This document shows, piece by piece, positions 26,679 to 37,584 of a stretch of 64,000 bases of DNA; positions within the stretch are counted from its first letter, which is position 1; each line of letters opens with the position of its first letter. Source of the DNA: Mobula hypostoma (Eukaryota); NCBI RefSeq assembly GCF_963921235.1, contig NC_086097.1, positions 113,834,001-113,898,000 on the forward strand, written 5' to 3'. Below the pieces are notes generated by a model, which was not told the DNA's origin, did not search any database, and saw only the letters and a program-made list of their open reading frames with translations. Made by a program: the position numbers and the translations under genes.

Positions 26679-28149
26679 ATACTCGTTCAGGGAACTGTAT
26701 ATGGGCAGACGTGTTTGCATGTATGTGTATGTATGTTTTAAGAGTAAGCTTGTAACTTTGGTGCAACAATTTTCAATGCAAAGGGATTCAGCAGACATGA
26801 GTTCAGACACACATAAGTGGCAGATTGCAGAGTGTATATTCTGTGGTTTTTAGTGTGTGCTGTTTAATTTTTATCCATCATTTATATTTTGCATAATGTG
26901 GGAATTACTATAGAGATATTTCAGGTAGAGGTTATCCCCAGATATATCTGTCAGGATGGCACTGATTAAGGTCAAGCAACATCAGGTCAAGAACCTTGAC
27001 GACCTGAGCCAGCCCTTGACTCTGATTACGACCATCTGTAAGTCCTTCACCCCGGGGAGAAGCAAAGCATTTTGTCAGAGTTGCCCTCTTCTAAGGTCAC
27101 CTGCGGGAATGTAAAATTCTGGCACAAGCTCAAGGAAATTATGAAATTCAATAGATGCACCTAAAGATCTGTATGTGTTGATAAAAGCAAAGTGCCCGAG
27201 GAATATTTGGGAGATGATGGCCCAGGGTTCAGGATGCTTACTGGGCAACTACCAGGAATGCCAGCAATGAAGAGAGATAACATTTCATTCAGGGGGAAGT
27301 GAGAGTAACTGGAGAAAGATAATGTCAATGAATCAGAGAGCTGACGAGCCAGCCATGGATTATGCAGAATGTAAATATCGAGCGGATGAGGAGTACTCAG
27401 GGTTGGATAATCCAGGGAGGAATGACCCAGTCTTCCTGAAAATACTGACGGAAGGCCTGAGCTCAGCCCACCAAGAAGTCATAGATTTGGGGATAGTGGT
27501 GAGTTTGACCTACTCCATGGTAGTATCATGGGTGGTGAGAAACACCAGAGGAGGGGGAAGAGACATCACAGAGAGCTTACTTTGTGTGCCAGCAACTGGG
27601 GCACGTAGCAAGGAACTGCTGGAATGGATGTGGGAGGGTAAAAGAGATGATTTATTACAGCTGTGGCTTCTCGGACCATGGTTGGAGACAGTGTCCAGAA
27701 ATCAGAGCAAATTGTGAGAATCACTCACCAAAGCAGGCAGAATCCACAGCAGCACCCTCTCTTTCCGATTTAACTGCTGACCTGGTATAGAGCTGGTGAG
27801 GTCAGACAAACGGCTGATGGCCACCTCTATTGCCAGTGGTGGTCAGCCACAGATGTACACAAGAGGTTTATTAGGGGGCCAGCAATGTGAAATGTTAGTT
27901 GACACAGGGTCAGGGTTGTCAGTATTGATAACTGATCTACCCCTGCCCACGACTGGAGAAACAAATTCCATTAACAGTGCAGGAGATGAGACAATGAGGG
28001 CAGAGAGAAGTCTGCCCCAGGTACTTGAGATTGAGGGAGTGCAGCTTCCTGTAGATTTCTGGGTGAGCCCAGACAATGAAGGTACTCTCCTGGGGTTAAA
28101 CACACTGAGTAAGGCAGGCACTATCATAGACTCAAGATGAAGAGAAATA

Positions 28150-28890
28150 ACATTTACACACCTGTCCTTGTAAATGTCCTGAATCATGGGAAGTTCACAA
28201 CTACAGATGTGCTGGGCTGTCCGCACCATTCTCTGCAGAGTCCTGTGATTAAGGGAGGTACAGTTCCCATACCAGGCAGTGATGCAGCCAGTCAAGGTGC
28301 TCTCAATTGTGCCCCTGTAGAAAGTTCTTAGGATTTGGGGGCCCATACCAAACTTCCTCAACCGTCTGAGGTGAAAGAAGCACTGTTGTGCCCTTTTCAC
28401 CACGCAGCTGGTGTGTACAGACCATGTGAGGTCCTCAGTGATGGGGATGCCGAGGAACTTAAAGCTGTTTGCCCTCTCAACCCCAGATCCATTGATGTCA
28501 ATTGGGGTTAACCTGTCTCCATTCCTCCTGTAATCCACAACCAGCTCCTTTGTTTTTGTGACATTGAAGGAGAGGTTGTTTTCTTGACACCACTATGTCA
28601 TAGAGATAACTTCTTCCCTGTAGGCCACCTCGTTATTATTTGAGATTAAGCCGATCAATGTAGTGTTGTCGTCAAATTTAATTAACAGATTGGAGCTGTG
28701 TGTGGTGATACAGTCATGGGTATACAGGGAGTAAAGGAGGGGACTCAGTACGCAGCCCTAAGGGGCTCCTGTATTGAGAGTCAGAGGGGTGGAGGTGAGG
28801 GAGCCCACTCTTAACACCTGCTGGTGATCTGACAGGAAGTCCAGGATCCAGCTGCACACGGCAGGGTCAAGGCCAAGGTCTCTGAGCTTC
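28150..28890 (-). mobile_element. Rex1/Babar-like LINE RT fragment
   Basis: DYRR..INGSGVERANSFKFLG..TEDLTW..FYRGTIES.LTGCITAWYGNC. Confidence 0.8.
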
Positions 28891-28899
28891 CTGCTGGGT

Positions 28900-29160
28900 T
28901 CATTTAGCATGGAATAAGCCTCTTGAGCTGCCCCAATTTAACCCTAATCTAATCAGAGGTCAATTCACAATAACCAATTAACCCACCCAGTACGTCTTTG
29001 GACTGTGGGAGGAAACCAGAGCACCTGGAGAAAACCTATGTATTCCACAGGGAGGACATACAGAGACTCCTTACAGAGGACACCAGGATTGTACTCTGAA
29101 ATCTGATGCCTAAGAACATCACGCTAACCACTACACTACCACGGCTCCCCCACGGCTCCC
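28900..29160 (-). mobile_element. tRNA-derived V-domain SINE with duplicated head
   Basis: Minus strand tRNA-like head ggtagtgtagtggttagc, V-like ggttttctccaggtgctctggtttcctcccacagtccaaagac. Confidence 0.7.
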
Positions 29161-29493
29161 AGGATAGACAAGTCTCCGGGACTTGACGGCATAAACGCTA
29201 CTGCTGGAAGCAAGGGAAGATATTGCTGCACCTTAGGCAGTCATCTTTGTGTCCTCACTGGCCACAGGGGTAGTGCCAGGTAATTGGAAGGTGGCAAATA
29301 TTATTCATTTGCTCAAGAAAGGGAATAGTGGCAGATGGAACTCAACCCAGAAAAGTGTGAAGTGATTCACTTTGGAAGGTCAAGGTACAGGGTTAATGGC
29401 AGGATGCTTAGCAGTGTGGTTCCATGTCTATAGATCCCTCAAAGGTGCCATGGAAGTTGATAGGTCTGTTAAGAAGGAGTATGGTGTTTTAGC

Positions 29494-30021
29494 TGCTATG
29501 TTTTGTAATTCTAAAATATAAAACCAACTGGGAGGAAAATAAGGAAGCTAAGAGATGCAAGTCTTAGTCCGTTTTTACTTTAAGCGAGGCGCGCATGTAT
29601 GACATGGTGGTGTGATGATGTATGCATTTTTACATATAGCCCATAATGAATTATTTAAGCAACAAGGAATGCTTAAACAAACAATATATTTACAATATTT
29701 ATTAATCAAATATTAAATTCACAGCAATCTTTCCTGTTTAGTTATAAACTCCAACTCAATATACAATACATTTCAACTATAAACACAGTGTACTATATAA
29801 CTACTATACAGACATCAAAAGCATTGTAAATTTTTAATTGTCCCACTCAGGCCTAAAGATTTAATTGCTGTGGGCGATTTCTTACTCTTGTGGGATAATG
29901 TCTTTCCTGACAAGGGGGATCACTATGCTTGGCTGTGAAACCAATCTCAGGTTCTGGGGCCTCCCCTGTGGTTGTGTAGAAGTTGATTGAGAATGCGGGA
30001 AGTGGTTTGAGAGCTCTGGGC
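29494..30021 (-). mobile_element. Gypsy 3' end: integrase tail, PPT and 3' LTR (29494-29726)
   Basis: ERHYPTRVRNRPQQLNL* is typical of a Gypsy pol end. Purine tract abuts a TG...CA LTR homologous to copies at 57004-57232 and ~42037-42254. Confidence 0.7.
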
Positions 30022-30396
30022 ACCTTTCTTCTCCTTTTCTTAGCTTTTTTCTCTGGATCTATTTTGATGCTTGCTTCCCTCCTTCTTGGTTTCTTTCTCT
30101 CTCTTAGTCCCAATCTTTTCATTCTCACTTTCCTTCTCTTTCTTGCATATGTTCTTTCTCTCTATCTCTTCTCTCCTTTTCAACTTCTTGTCTTTCTCGC
30201 CTTCCTTTTTCTTCTAGTTTCTTGTGAGAATCTCTGAATTTGATAATCTCTTGAGAAATTAGGTCTCATTTATCCTTCCATTTCCATAGCAATTACAATA
30301 GGTCATTTGCCTCTTTCTTTTCCTTTTTCTTCTTTCTAGCATCTTGATCTGGGGACGGTACATTTAGTTCACTAGAGTATTCTCTTATTAATCCGT
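30022..30396 (-). pseudogene. RBM25: Processed RBM25 pseudogene, 3' part
   Basis: GLIREYSSELNVPS...DLISQEIIKFRDSHKKLEEK...ERQEVEKERR; intronless with stops and frameshifts. Confidence 0.88.
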
Positions 30397-30481
30397 GGGG
30401 GAGCCGTGGTAGTGTAATGGTTAGCGTGATGTTCTTAGGCGTCAGATTTCAGAGTACAATCCTGTTGTCCTCTGTAAGGAG

Positions 30482-33400
30482 TGTGACAAGAATACACATA
30501 GATGTTAGCTGTCCTGTGTGATCAGCAGTTGGTCTGCCACCTGTCTTCGGGAGAGAGAGATAAGGAAGACAATGGAGCAGCATTTGGAGATGTGTAATGA
30601 AGGGATGGGAGAGAGAGCTGTCTAGAGTGGCTCCCCCTTTGAACCCTGAACTGCTTGAAGTGATGGACAGGTGATACCCCAGCAGGGGGATAAAAAGGGA
30701 CAGGTTCGCTAAGGCAGGACACACACGACAGCACGAGGTAACGAGACCCTGGAAGCGGTGCCCCCCCCCCCACCGCAAGTTGGCGGGAGTGGTTTGGAAG
30801 GCTGGTTGCGGAACCAAGCCTTAGACGCACAGGGTGGAAAGGTACGATCAGCGGGAACCCGGTGTGTGTCCGCCCTTGCTTGGGTGCCAGGTTCACTGCA
30901 GAGGATCGACCGCATCTGGAGGAGGGGTCACAGTCGGTGACCTCAGGTGACATCACAAAGGACTCGCCCGAAAGCTGCTTGTGAGCAATATCGCAGGTCT
31001 GTGTGTGGAAGCCGTTTTGAATGATCATTCATTCTTGTTCTCTCTCTCCTTCCCCCCACATTGTCCATTGCCATGGCAACGATTACTGCGAACTGAACTA
31101 AATTGAACTGGACTTTGTGTCACTTTGAAATTGGTCATTTACCCCTAGACAACGATAGAGCTTGATTGATCCTGTTATCTTAATTCTGTGCACATGTGTG
31201 TTTATCATTGCTGAACTGTTGCATTTATTATCCTTTCGATTACTGTGTTGCTTGTTTCTTTAATAAAACTTTCTTAGTTCTAGTAATCCAGACTCCAACT
31301 GAGTGATCCATTTCTGCTGGTTTGGCAACCCAGTTACGGGGTACGTAACATAAGTGGGGTTCTCGTCCGTGATTTTGAACGCTAAATTTGGGACGGAGTA
31401 AATTGATTGGGTCAAAATTCCCGAAAGAAAGAAAAGACAAACAGCAGAAATGGAGGCTGAGGAATTTATAAAGGCGCCGACTTTGGAGGCATTAGAGGAT
31501 GCCAGGAAATCGGAATTGGTAGCTGTGGCCAAACGGTTGAATCTTGCTAAGGGGAAGTCGACAAGGAGGAGAGAGGAGATACACAGAGCTATCGTAGAGC
31601 ACTATGTATCAAAAGGTGTGTTTCCCCAAGGCGAGCTGGAGGTGGTGTTTATTGAAAAACCTGCTGGAGACGCGGTACAGGTGCAGCTTGAAAAACTGAG
31701 ACTCGAGCACGAGTTCTGGGTACGGCAGTTGGAGCGAGAAGAGAAAGAGAGGGACAGACAGTTACAGCGAGAAGAGCAGGAGAGAGAGTTAGAAAGGCAA
31801 GAGAGAGAGAGAGAGAGAGACAGCTGGAGCGAGAGGAGAAACAGAGGGAAAGGGAATTTGAGCTGGAGAAGTTAAAGATAAGGGCCGAGCAGGGGCTCGT
31901 GCCGAACCAAGGTGGAGGGTTCCGGGCGACCCAGGAGGTTAGGCTGGTTCCCCCATTTGATGATACCGACGTGAATCGGTACTTCCTCCATTTCGAAAAA
32001 GTGGCTATAAGTCAGGACTGGCCGAGGGATAAGTGGGCTGTTTTACTTCAGAGTGTACTGAAAGGGAAGGCCCAAGAAGCTTACTCAGCTTTATCCGCGG
32101 AAGATGCCCAGAAGTATGAGGTGGTGAAGGAGGCCATCCTCAGGATTTATGAGTTGGTCCCGGAGGCATACCGGCAGAGGTTCCGGAATGCGAGGAAGCA
32201 GTGGGACCGCACATATTTAGAGTTTGCCCGTGAGATGCAGACATATTGTGAGCGTTGGTGCGCCTCGAAGGGGGTAGAGGGGGATTATGACAGACTGCTG
32301 CAGCTGATCCTGATTGAGCAGTTTAAAGGTTGTGTCCCTGAGGGTATGAGACCCTACCTTGATGAGAAAGAGGCAGCCACGTTAGCCGCAACTGCTAAGT
32401 TAGCGGATGAGTATGCGTTGACGCATAAAATGAAGTTTGCCCCAAGTAAAGGCTACCAGAAGGGTAGTCAGGACGGCGGGGAGAGTCCGCCAGAAAAGTC
32501 AGAAAGTAAGCCGGGGACTAGTGAAAAGGATAAGGTAGACCGGGAGCAGTCTGGTAGGAAGTTTCCTGGGGTCGTCTGTTATAATTGCGGGAAAGTCGGA
32601 CACTTTGCGTCCAGGTGCTTTGCCCCAAAGAAGGAGACGGGAAAAGAGAAAACAGCGATTTTGACTGGCTGTATCGAGCTGGTACACGAACCGCTAGAGA
32701 AGGACAGGTCTGCCAAAGTTCAGGAAGGGCGCGAGAGGTTTATATCGGCCGGATTGGTGTCGGTGAAGGAGGGGTTAAAACTGGTTCCAGTGCGGATTTG
32801 GAGAGACACGGGAGCGTGTCAGTCACTGATACTGAAGAGTGTATTAGAGTTTAACTCAGAGACCCAGACTGGGGAGGTAGAGGTCAAAGGTGTTGGGGAA
32901 GGGACAGAGTCAGTCCCTTTGCACCAGATACACTTACAAAGCAACCTGGTCTCAGGACTAGTCATGATCGGGGTGAGGTCTGAATTACCGATGAAAGGCG
33001 TGGAAGTCTTGCTCGGTAATGACGTCGCTGGGGGAATCGTGTTCCCAGTCGTGAGATTGACAGGTCAGCCTGCCAGCATTGAGGCCCCACCCATGGACTC
33101 ACAGGTTCATCACGGGACCGCGGTAGTGAAGTTAGCTGAGACTTTTCTGCCAGTCTTGTACGAGACGGGGGTAGAAAGTGAAAAAAAGGAGTGTAGTGAG
33201 ACAAGAGGTAGTGAGGGAGCTGAGACAGACTTAGCATTAGCCAAGAAAGAATTTGTGCAGATGCAGGAGCGAGACGAGGGGCTGATGGTTTTGGCAGAGA
33301 CAGCTCTCTCTGACACAGACTTGACAAGGGAACTAGTAGGCTATTGTGTGGAGGAGGAAGTACTAAGGAAGAAAGGGAAACCAAGTACCGTACCCGCAGA

Positions 33401-35387
33401 TGAGGAATGGGGGGTGGTGCAAAGCAGTTATGGGGATGAGGTTTTTAACCTGGCCCACAAGGTACCCCCCGGTGGACATTTTGCGGTACTGGAGGGAACA
33501 GTTGGTGGAACCATGAAAGAGGTTTACCGGCTGCCCAGGGGGAAGGATGTTATTGATTATGACCGACACGAACTGAGACGGTCACAGGCTTTTGATATGC
33601 TAACAAACCTAGTCGGTGTTAGCGTGGAAATCAATGAAGCTAGGGTCCCCCCGATAAGAGAGAAAAACCATTTTGAAAAGATGAGTATGGTATCGACCAG
33701 ATGGGAGAAGGCTATTGTTTTGGCCAGGTCTGCTGATAAGGTCTCTCCCTTAATCCCCGAACAAAGCGACTCTTTAGGAGAAGTAATTAAACGACTCGCA
33801 CCCGTGTGTTTGATTGTCCCGAGGCGATGCAAAGAACTGGGACGTTGGGTGGTGTCTGTTACAATAGGGTAGCCTAGTAAGCAACACTCATATAGAATGA
33901 GTAATTCAGTGACTAAAGGGCTGACGAACACAGAGGTGTGTATTGGTAATTTAATACGGCTGTCTGAAGCCAGCTTGATAGTGAACCTTGAAAAAAATGA
34001 GTTCGGCCACATGAAGGTCACTTACCTGGGAATTGTGGTGACACAGGGGCAGCTGGCAGCGATGCAAGCTACAGTGCGGGCTATCACTGACATCCCAACC
34101 CCGACAGACAAGAGACAAGAGGGCCCTCAGAAGGCTCTAGGAGATGGTGGGGTACTCTAGGAAGTTTTGCAATAACTCTGCGGTCACTACCCCTCCCCCT
34201 CCTACTAAGCCCTTGCGAGAGAAAACTAGGTCGGAATGGGACGACCCTTGTTATTGTGGTCCGGGACAAAACCAAATGAGAGGTTACATTGATCGCAATT
34301 CATCAGTGTTTTTGGCCACTATGAAGTTTGCTAAGTTGGAACCTGGTCTAAGGGATTATTAATAACACATATAAAAGGAACAGAAAATGTGATGACTGAC
34401 TGTCTGTCAGGTGTTGACAACTTCAAATTCTCTGTATTAGCCAAATAGCTGATAAAGATGTATATTTGTGTGTATCAAATAATGTACTCATGTTTGTAAT
34501 TTTTACCCCGGTAAAAATCCTTAAAAGGGGGGAAGTGTGACAAGAATACACATAGATCTTAGCTGTCCTGTGTGATCAGCAGTTGGTCTGCCACCTGTCT
34601 TTGGGAGAGAGAGAGATAAGGAAGACAATGGAGCAGCATTTGGAGATGTGTAATGAAGGGACGTGGGAGAGAGAGCTGTCTAGAGCGGCTCCCCCTTTGA
34701 ACCCTGAACTGTTTGAAGTGATGGACAGGTGATACCCCAGCAGGGGGATAAAAAGGGACAGGTTCGCTAAGGCAGGACACACACGACACCACGAGGTAAC
34801 GAGACCCTGGAAGCGGTGCCCCCCCGCAAGTCGGCGGGAGTGGTTTGGAAGGCTGGTTGCGGAACCAAGCCTTAGACGCACAGGGTGGAAAGGTACGATC
34901 AGCGGGAACCCGGTGTGTGTCCGCCCTTGCTTGGGTGCCAGGTTCACTGCAGAGGATCGACCGCATCTGGAGGAGGAGTCACAGTCGGTGACCTCAGGTG
35001 ACATCACAAAGGACTCGCCCGAAAGCTGCTTGTGAGCAATATCGCCGGTCTGTGAGTGGAAAGCCTTTTTGAATGATCATTCGTTCTTGTTCTCTCTCTC
35101 CTTCCCCCCACATTGTCCATCGCCATGGCAACGATTACTGCGAACTGAACTAAATTGAACTGGACTTTGTGTCACTTACCCCTAGACAACAATAGAGCTT
35201 GATTGATCCTGTTATCTTAATTCTGTGCACATGTGTGTTTATCGTTGCTGAACTGTTGCATTTATTATCCTTTCGATTACTGTGTTGCTTGTTTCTTTAA
35301 TAAAACTTTCTTAGTTCTAGTAATCCAGACTCCAACTGAGTGATCCATTTCTGCTGGTTTGGCAACCCAGTTACGGGGTACGTAACA
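30482..35387 (+). mobile_element. Gmr1-like Gypsy LTR retrotransposon, internally deleted
   Basis: LTRs 30482-31350 and 34536-35387, GGAG TSD, tRNA-Pro-like PBS at ~31355, PPT aaaaggggggaag. SCAN-like gag with CYNCGKVGHFASRC, protease RDTG, then IN, RT and RH remnants in that order. Confidence 0.93.
31450..33872 (+). CDS. Gag-protease of the Gmr1-like element (frameshift in a (GA)n tract at ~31800)
   Basis: ORFs 31450-31875 and 31899-33872 join if the GA repeat length is corrected. SCAN-like capsid, CCHC knuckle, aspartic protease. Confidence 0.75.
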
Positions 35388-35391
35388 GGAG

Positions 35392-35848
35392 TCTATTACT
35401 CCTTTACAATCTGATCTTGGTTTCCTCATCCATAACATCATCTGACAAATCCTCTGTTTCCGTATCTCCATTGACTCCTTTCTTTTTGGCCTTCCATTCA
35501 TCCACCTGGGCTTTGGTCTTTGCATCTACATTTACAAGTAGCTTACTGTCTCCCACTTGAAGTTCATGCAATAACCTTAATGCACACAGAGTAGATTCTG
35601 GTTCTTTATACTCACACAAGCTGAATGCTTGCAACTTTCCTGAAGCTCCTTGAACTCTCCTCCAGCTTACAACCAAACCATATTTCAAAAGTAACTGCCT
35701 GATTAACACATCAGATACTTTCTCAGATACGTTGCCTACAAAAACTTATATTTGACCAACTGCTTTCGTCACGTTCGCGATTCCTCCGAGCAGCATGGTC
35801 CTTCCTTAGTCCAATATGCTTTCCAACCAAAAAGGTTGACAGTAACAC
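35392..35848 (-). pseudogene. RBM25: Processed RBM25 pseudogene, 5' part (RRM)
   Basis: VGKHIGLRKDH...VFVGNVSEKVSDVLIRQLL.KYGLVVSWRRVQGASGKLQAFSLCEYKEPESTLCALRLLHELQVGDSKLLVNVDAKTKAQVDEWKAKKK with no introns. Confidence 0.92.
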
Positions 35849-35930
35849 CTGTTAGCCCTCTGTGGGGCGATGGTTCATGGTGTACAGCACACAGACAGTT
35901 GTGGCATCATCCAGTACCTTTCTTCTTTCC

Positions 35931-37584
35931 CTTTCAGTTGACTTTATTTCAGGGAATGTATTTTATTTTTTAGATTTTCAGTTTTCCGGAGGTCTGAAAT
36001 GTTGGCTGAAAGGTTTGCTCTAATCAAAATCAGAAAAGGAGTAATTCTGACATTGTTATTGTGTCTCTGAAATGACTTACCTTCCTCCCCAGCCTCATTA
36101 CTTTCACTTTACTGGAAACAAGCTTTTCTTTGCTCGGAACAGCTGTAAGCATTTTGTATGTTTAAGGTTGTAACCAAATTAACACACTTGCAAGATGGAA
36201 ATTCACTGATGCAAAGCTGGCAGGATGCTTGCAGCTTGTCTGTTTCACAAATCCTTAATGAAATGACATTTAGATTTTAACTATTGCTTTTAACGGTTAA
36301 ACCCATTCTTTCTCTGTCTTCTCTCTGTCTACGCCTCGCCTTTGAGTTAGATGCTTTCACTTTGTTTACCTGATTCATACCGTACCTAGTTTCATTTTGA
36401 TGACCAAGAGATAATGATTTCTTTAAGAACAAAATCCAAATTTATTTGTCAATTGTCAAAGTTGTTAGTTATCTACCACCTGCCGTGGCCTGTTAAACCA
36501 GCATGCAAAGTATGCTTTTGACATGTTGACATATATCACAAGTTCTGTGTTTGCTTGGCTTTAAAAATTTGGCTGGTGAGTCTCTATATTACAACAGTGA
36601 ACAGCTTTAATGCAGAAATTCCTCTCAGGACACTAAAAGTGTTCATAAAATAAAGTTTGAAGCAAAATATATTAGCAGATAGGATTCAGGTTCATTCATT
36701 TCTCACATGCACATTGAAACATACAATGAAATGCATCAAATGGTCCCTGAACACTAGGCCTCAAACTCCAGTCTTGCCGACCTGAGTAACCATGGCACCC
36801 CCATCATCGCTGGTCTGCTGTTTTAACATCCAACCATATCCGTGTTGCCGGCCTTCGGAAGTGGAACAGAGGCTTAGGTTCTAACCTGTCCTAATTCCTC
36901 AATATCCCTGTCCCTAACTACTTATCCCACCCCTGACTTCTCTCTATGTTCCCAAAACCATCCCAAAAAACTGAAAGAACCTAAAAAAAACAACTAATTT
37001 TTAGCCACGACCTGGACGGAGACTGCAACTCGGCGCCATCTTAAGGAAAAAGCGGAGAGGCACCTGTCTGTTCCTAATGCATAGCAATCACCTCACAGTG
37101 AAGATTAATCTGCAGCGGCCTCACTCTGTCTCACCCATAACCCTTTACACCCATGACTGTACTGCCACACACAACTCCAATCTGCTGATCAAATTTGCAG
37201 ATGACACAACTTTGATTGATACAGTGGTGACAGGATAACAACCTCTCCCTCAATGTCCAAAAAATATTTAAAGTTGCATACAGCTCCATACCTCCCCCTG
37301 ACTTGGAAGATCAGATCACAACTCAGTTCACCTCATGCCCTTGTATAAGCCCAAAGTACAGCAACAGCTAGTTATCACCAAGATAGTAAAGAAGTGGTCT
37401 CCAGAGGCCGATGAGGCCTTGAAGGGCTGCTTTGCGATTACTGACTGGATTGTGCTTTGTGAACCATTTGGGGAGGACATTAATGGTCTGAATGATTGCA
37501 TCACTGGCTACATCAGTTTCTGTGGGGACACTGCGATACCATCATGAACTGTTCACTGCTTCCCTAACAACAAACCATGGGTCA
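35931..37584 (+). repeat. Direct duplication, copy 1 (~1.65 kb)
   Basis: Near-identical to 44956-46606 from ctttcagttgacttt to aaccatgggtca. Confidence 0.97.

Larger units (their letters stand above)
19075..28138 (+). mobile_element. Degenerate LTR retroelement/ERV remnant (5' LTR split by Gypsy, PBS, gag, protease)
   Basis: LTR tgtta(19075)...tgtaaca(25703) with TATA at ~25578. PBS-like TGGTGCCTCGTCTGG at 25709. Gag remnants 26950-27790 with two decayed CCHC knuckles. Protease MLVDTGSG at 27796-28138. No pol or 3' LTR seen. Confidence 0.65.

Noticed and set aside
29983..30237. Hydrophobic membrane-like ORF
   Set aside because: Antisense of the purine-rich RBM25 RE region.
36081..36142. 62-nt minus-strand exon candidate with AAG|GTAAGT donor in both duplicate copies
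   Set aside because: Weak acceptor, no recognisable protein, no partner exons.
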